64,000 nucleotides of DNA, taken from Chthonomonadales bacterium (lineage in GTDB: Bacteria; Armatimonadota; Chthonomonadetes; Chthonomonadales; CAJBBX01). Positions 63,551-64,000 of this stretch are shown here, piece by piece (position 1 is the stretch's first letter; every line of letters begins with the position of its first letter). The stretch is from positions 2,793 through 66,792 of the forward strand of contig JAAYVH010000159.1 in the NCBI GenBank assembly GCA_012517255.1, written 5' to 3'. The position numbers and the translations under genes were made by a program. The notes beneath the pieces were generated by a model, which worked only from the letters and a program-made list of their open reading frames with translations, was not told the origin of the DNA and searched no databases.

Positions 63551-64000
63551 ATGAACTACCTACCGCTACTCTGCCTGGGCTTGCTGGCGGCGTTGCCGGT
63601 GCTTGCGCTCGCACAGGCGGACCTAACGCATGTCGACGTGTACACCTCCGGTCAGGGCGGCTACGCGTGCTACCGCATCCCGACCATCGAAGTGGCGCCC
63701 GACGGGACGATCCTGGCGTTCGCCGAGGCGCGCAAGTATAACGCCGGCGACCCGGGCATGGACAACAATGAGATTGACCTCGTGTTGAAGCGGAGCGCCG
63801 ACGGCGGGCGGACATGGTCGGCGATGAAGGTGATCGAGCATGCGGGCGAGCGCTGGTCGTCGGCCAACGCCGCGACGGTGGTGGATCGCAAGACGAAGCG
63901 AGTCTGGGTGCTCTACCTGCGCTGCAAGCCGAACCGCGATACCGGCACGTCGCGTCCCGGCACCGACGACACGCAGACGCTCGCGCGCTATAGCGACGAC
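63551..64000 (+). CDS. exo-alpha-sialidase (GH33), N-terminal fragment; 3' end lies outside the window
   Basis: My own translation from ATG 63551 gives signal peptide MNYLPLLCLGLLAALPVLALAQA, the YRIP motif (GGYACYRIPTIEVAPDGTILAF) and an Asp-box (SADGGRTW). The frame stays open to the window end. Confidence 0.85.
   Translation, partial: MNYLPLLCLGLLAALPVLALAQADLTHVDVYTSGQGGYACYRIPTIEVAPDGTILAFAEARKYNAGDPGMDNNEIDLVLKRSADGGRTWSAMKVIEHAGERWSSANAATVVDRKTKRVWVLYLRCKPNRDTGTSRPGTDDTQTLARYSDD

Overview
GC-rich bacterial chromosomal window, densely coding on both strands. I count about 46 protein genes and 1 tRNA. I see no rRNA, CRISPR array, transposase, integrase or phage structural genes. Housekeeping genes (pnp 3' end, tRNA-Arg(UCG), manC, murB, pdhAB, mfd, ftsB-like, eno, nadB, rex, a 2-oxoacid dehydrogenase E2, uppP, yebC) are interleaved with secreted glycan-degrading and cell-envelope genes. 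The gene content (ThuA-like, DUF1080, GxGYxYP, sulfatase-like, DUF4185, sialidase, planctomycete-type cytochrome motifs, CsaB) is typical of PVC-group or Armatimonadota-like heterotrophs, but taxonomy cannot be fixed from this window. Four things deserve a second look. (1) At 5.2-9.5 kb a hydrazine-synthase-alpha-like haem beta-propeller protein sits next to a multihaem-c/FdnI-like cytochrome-b fusion. This looks like an enzyme plus quinol electron-transfer module pair, with no other anammox genes present. (2) At 29.1-36.0 kb a four-gene envelope operon encodes a rhomboid, a DUF5693-like membrane protein, CsaB and a giant beta-barrel protein with no recognisable SLH domain. (3) Two non-coding loci (36.1 kb and 51.7-52.6 kb) carry a structured ~200-bp repeat family. 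The second locus also has a nested hairpin insertion and two 52-bp elements that are perfect reverse complements of each other, whose 38-bp core is flipped relative to otherwise collinear flanks. (4) There are several orphan or degenerate proteins: one possibly BrxA-like, a His-less PtsI-like protein, and a COG1373-type ATPase. All homology statements come from reading the translations by eye. No database search, HMM or structure prediction was run.
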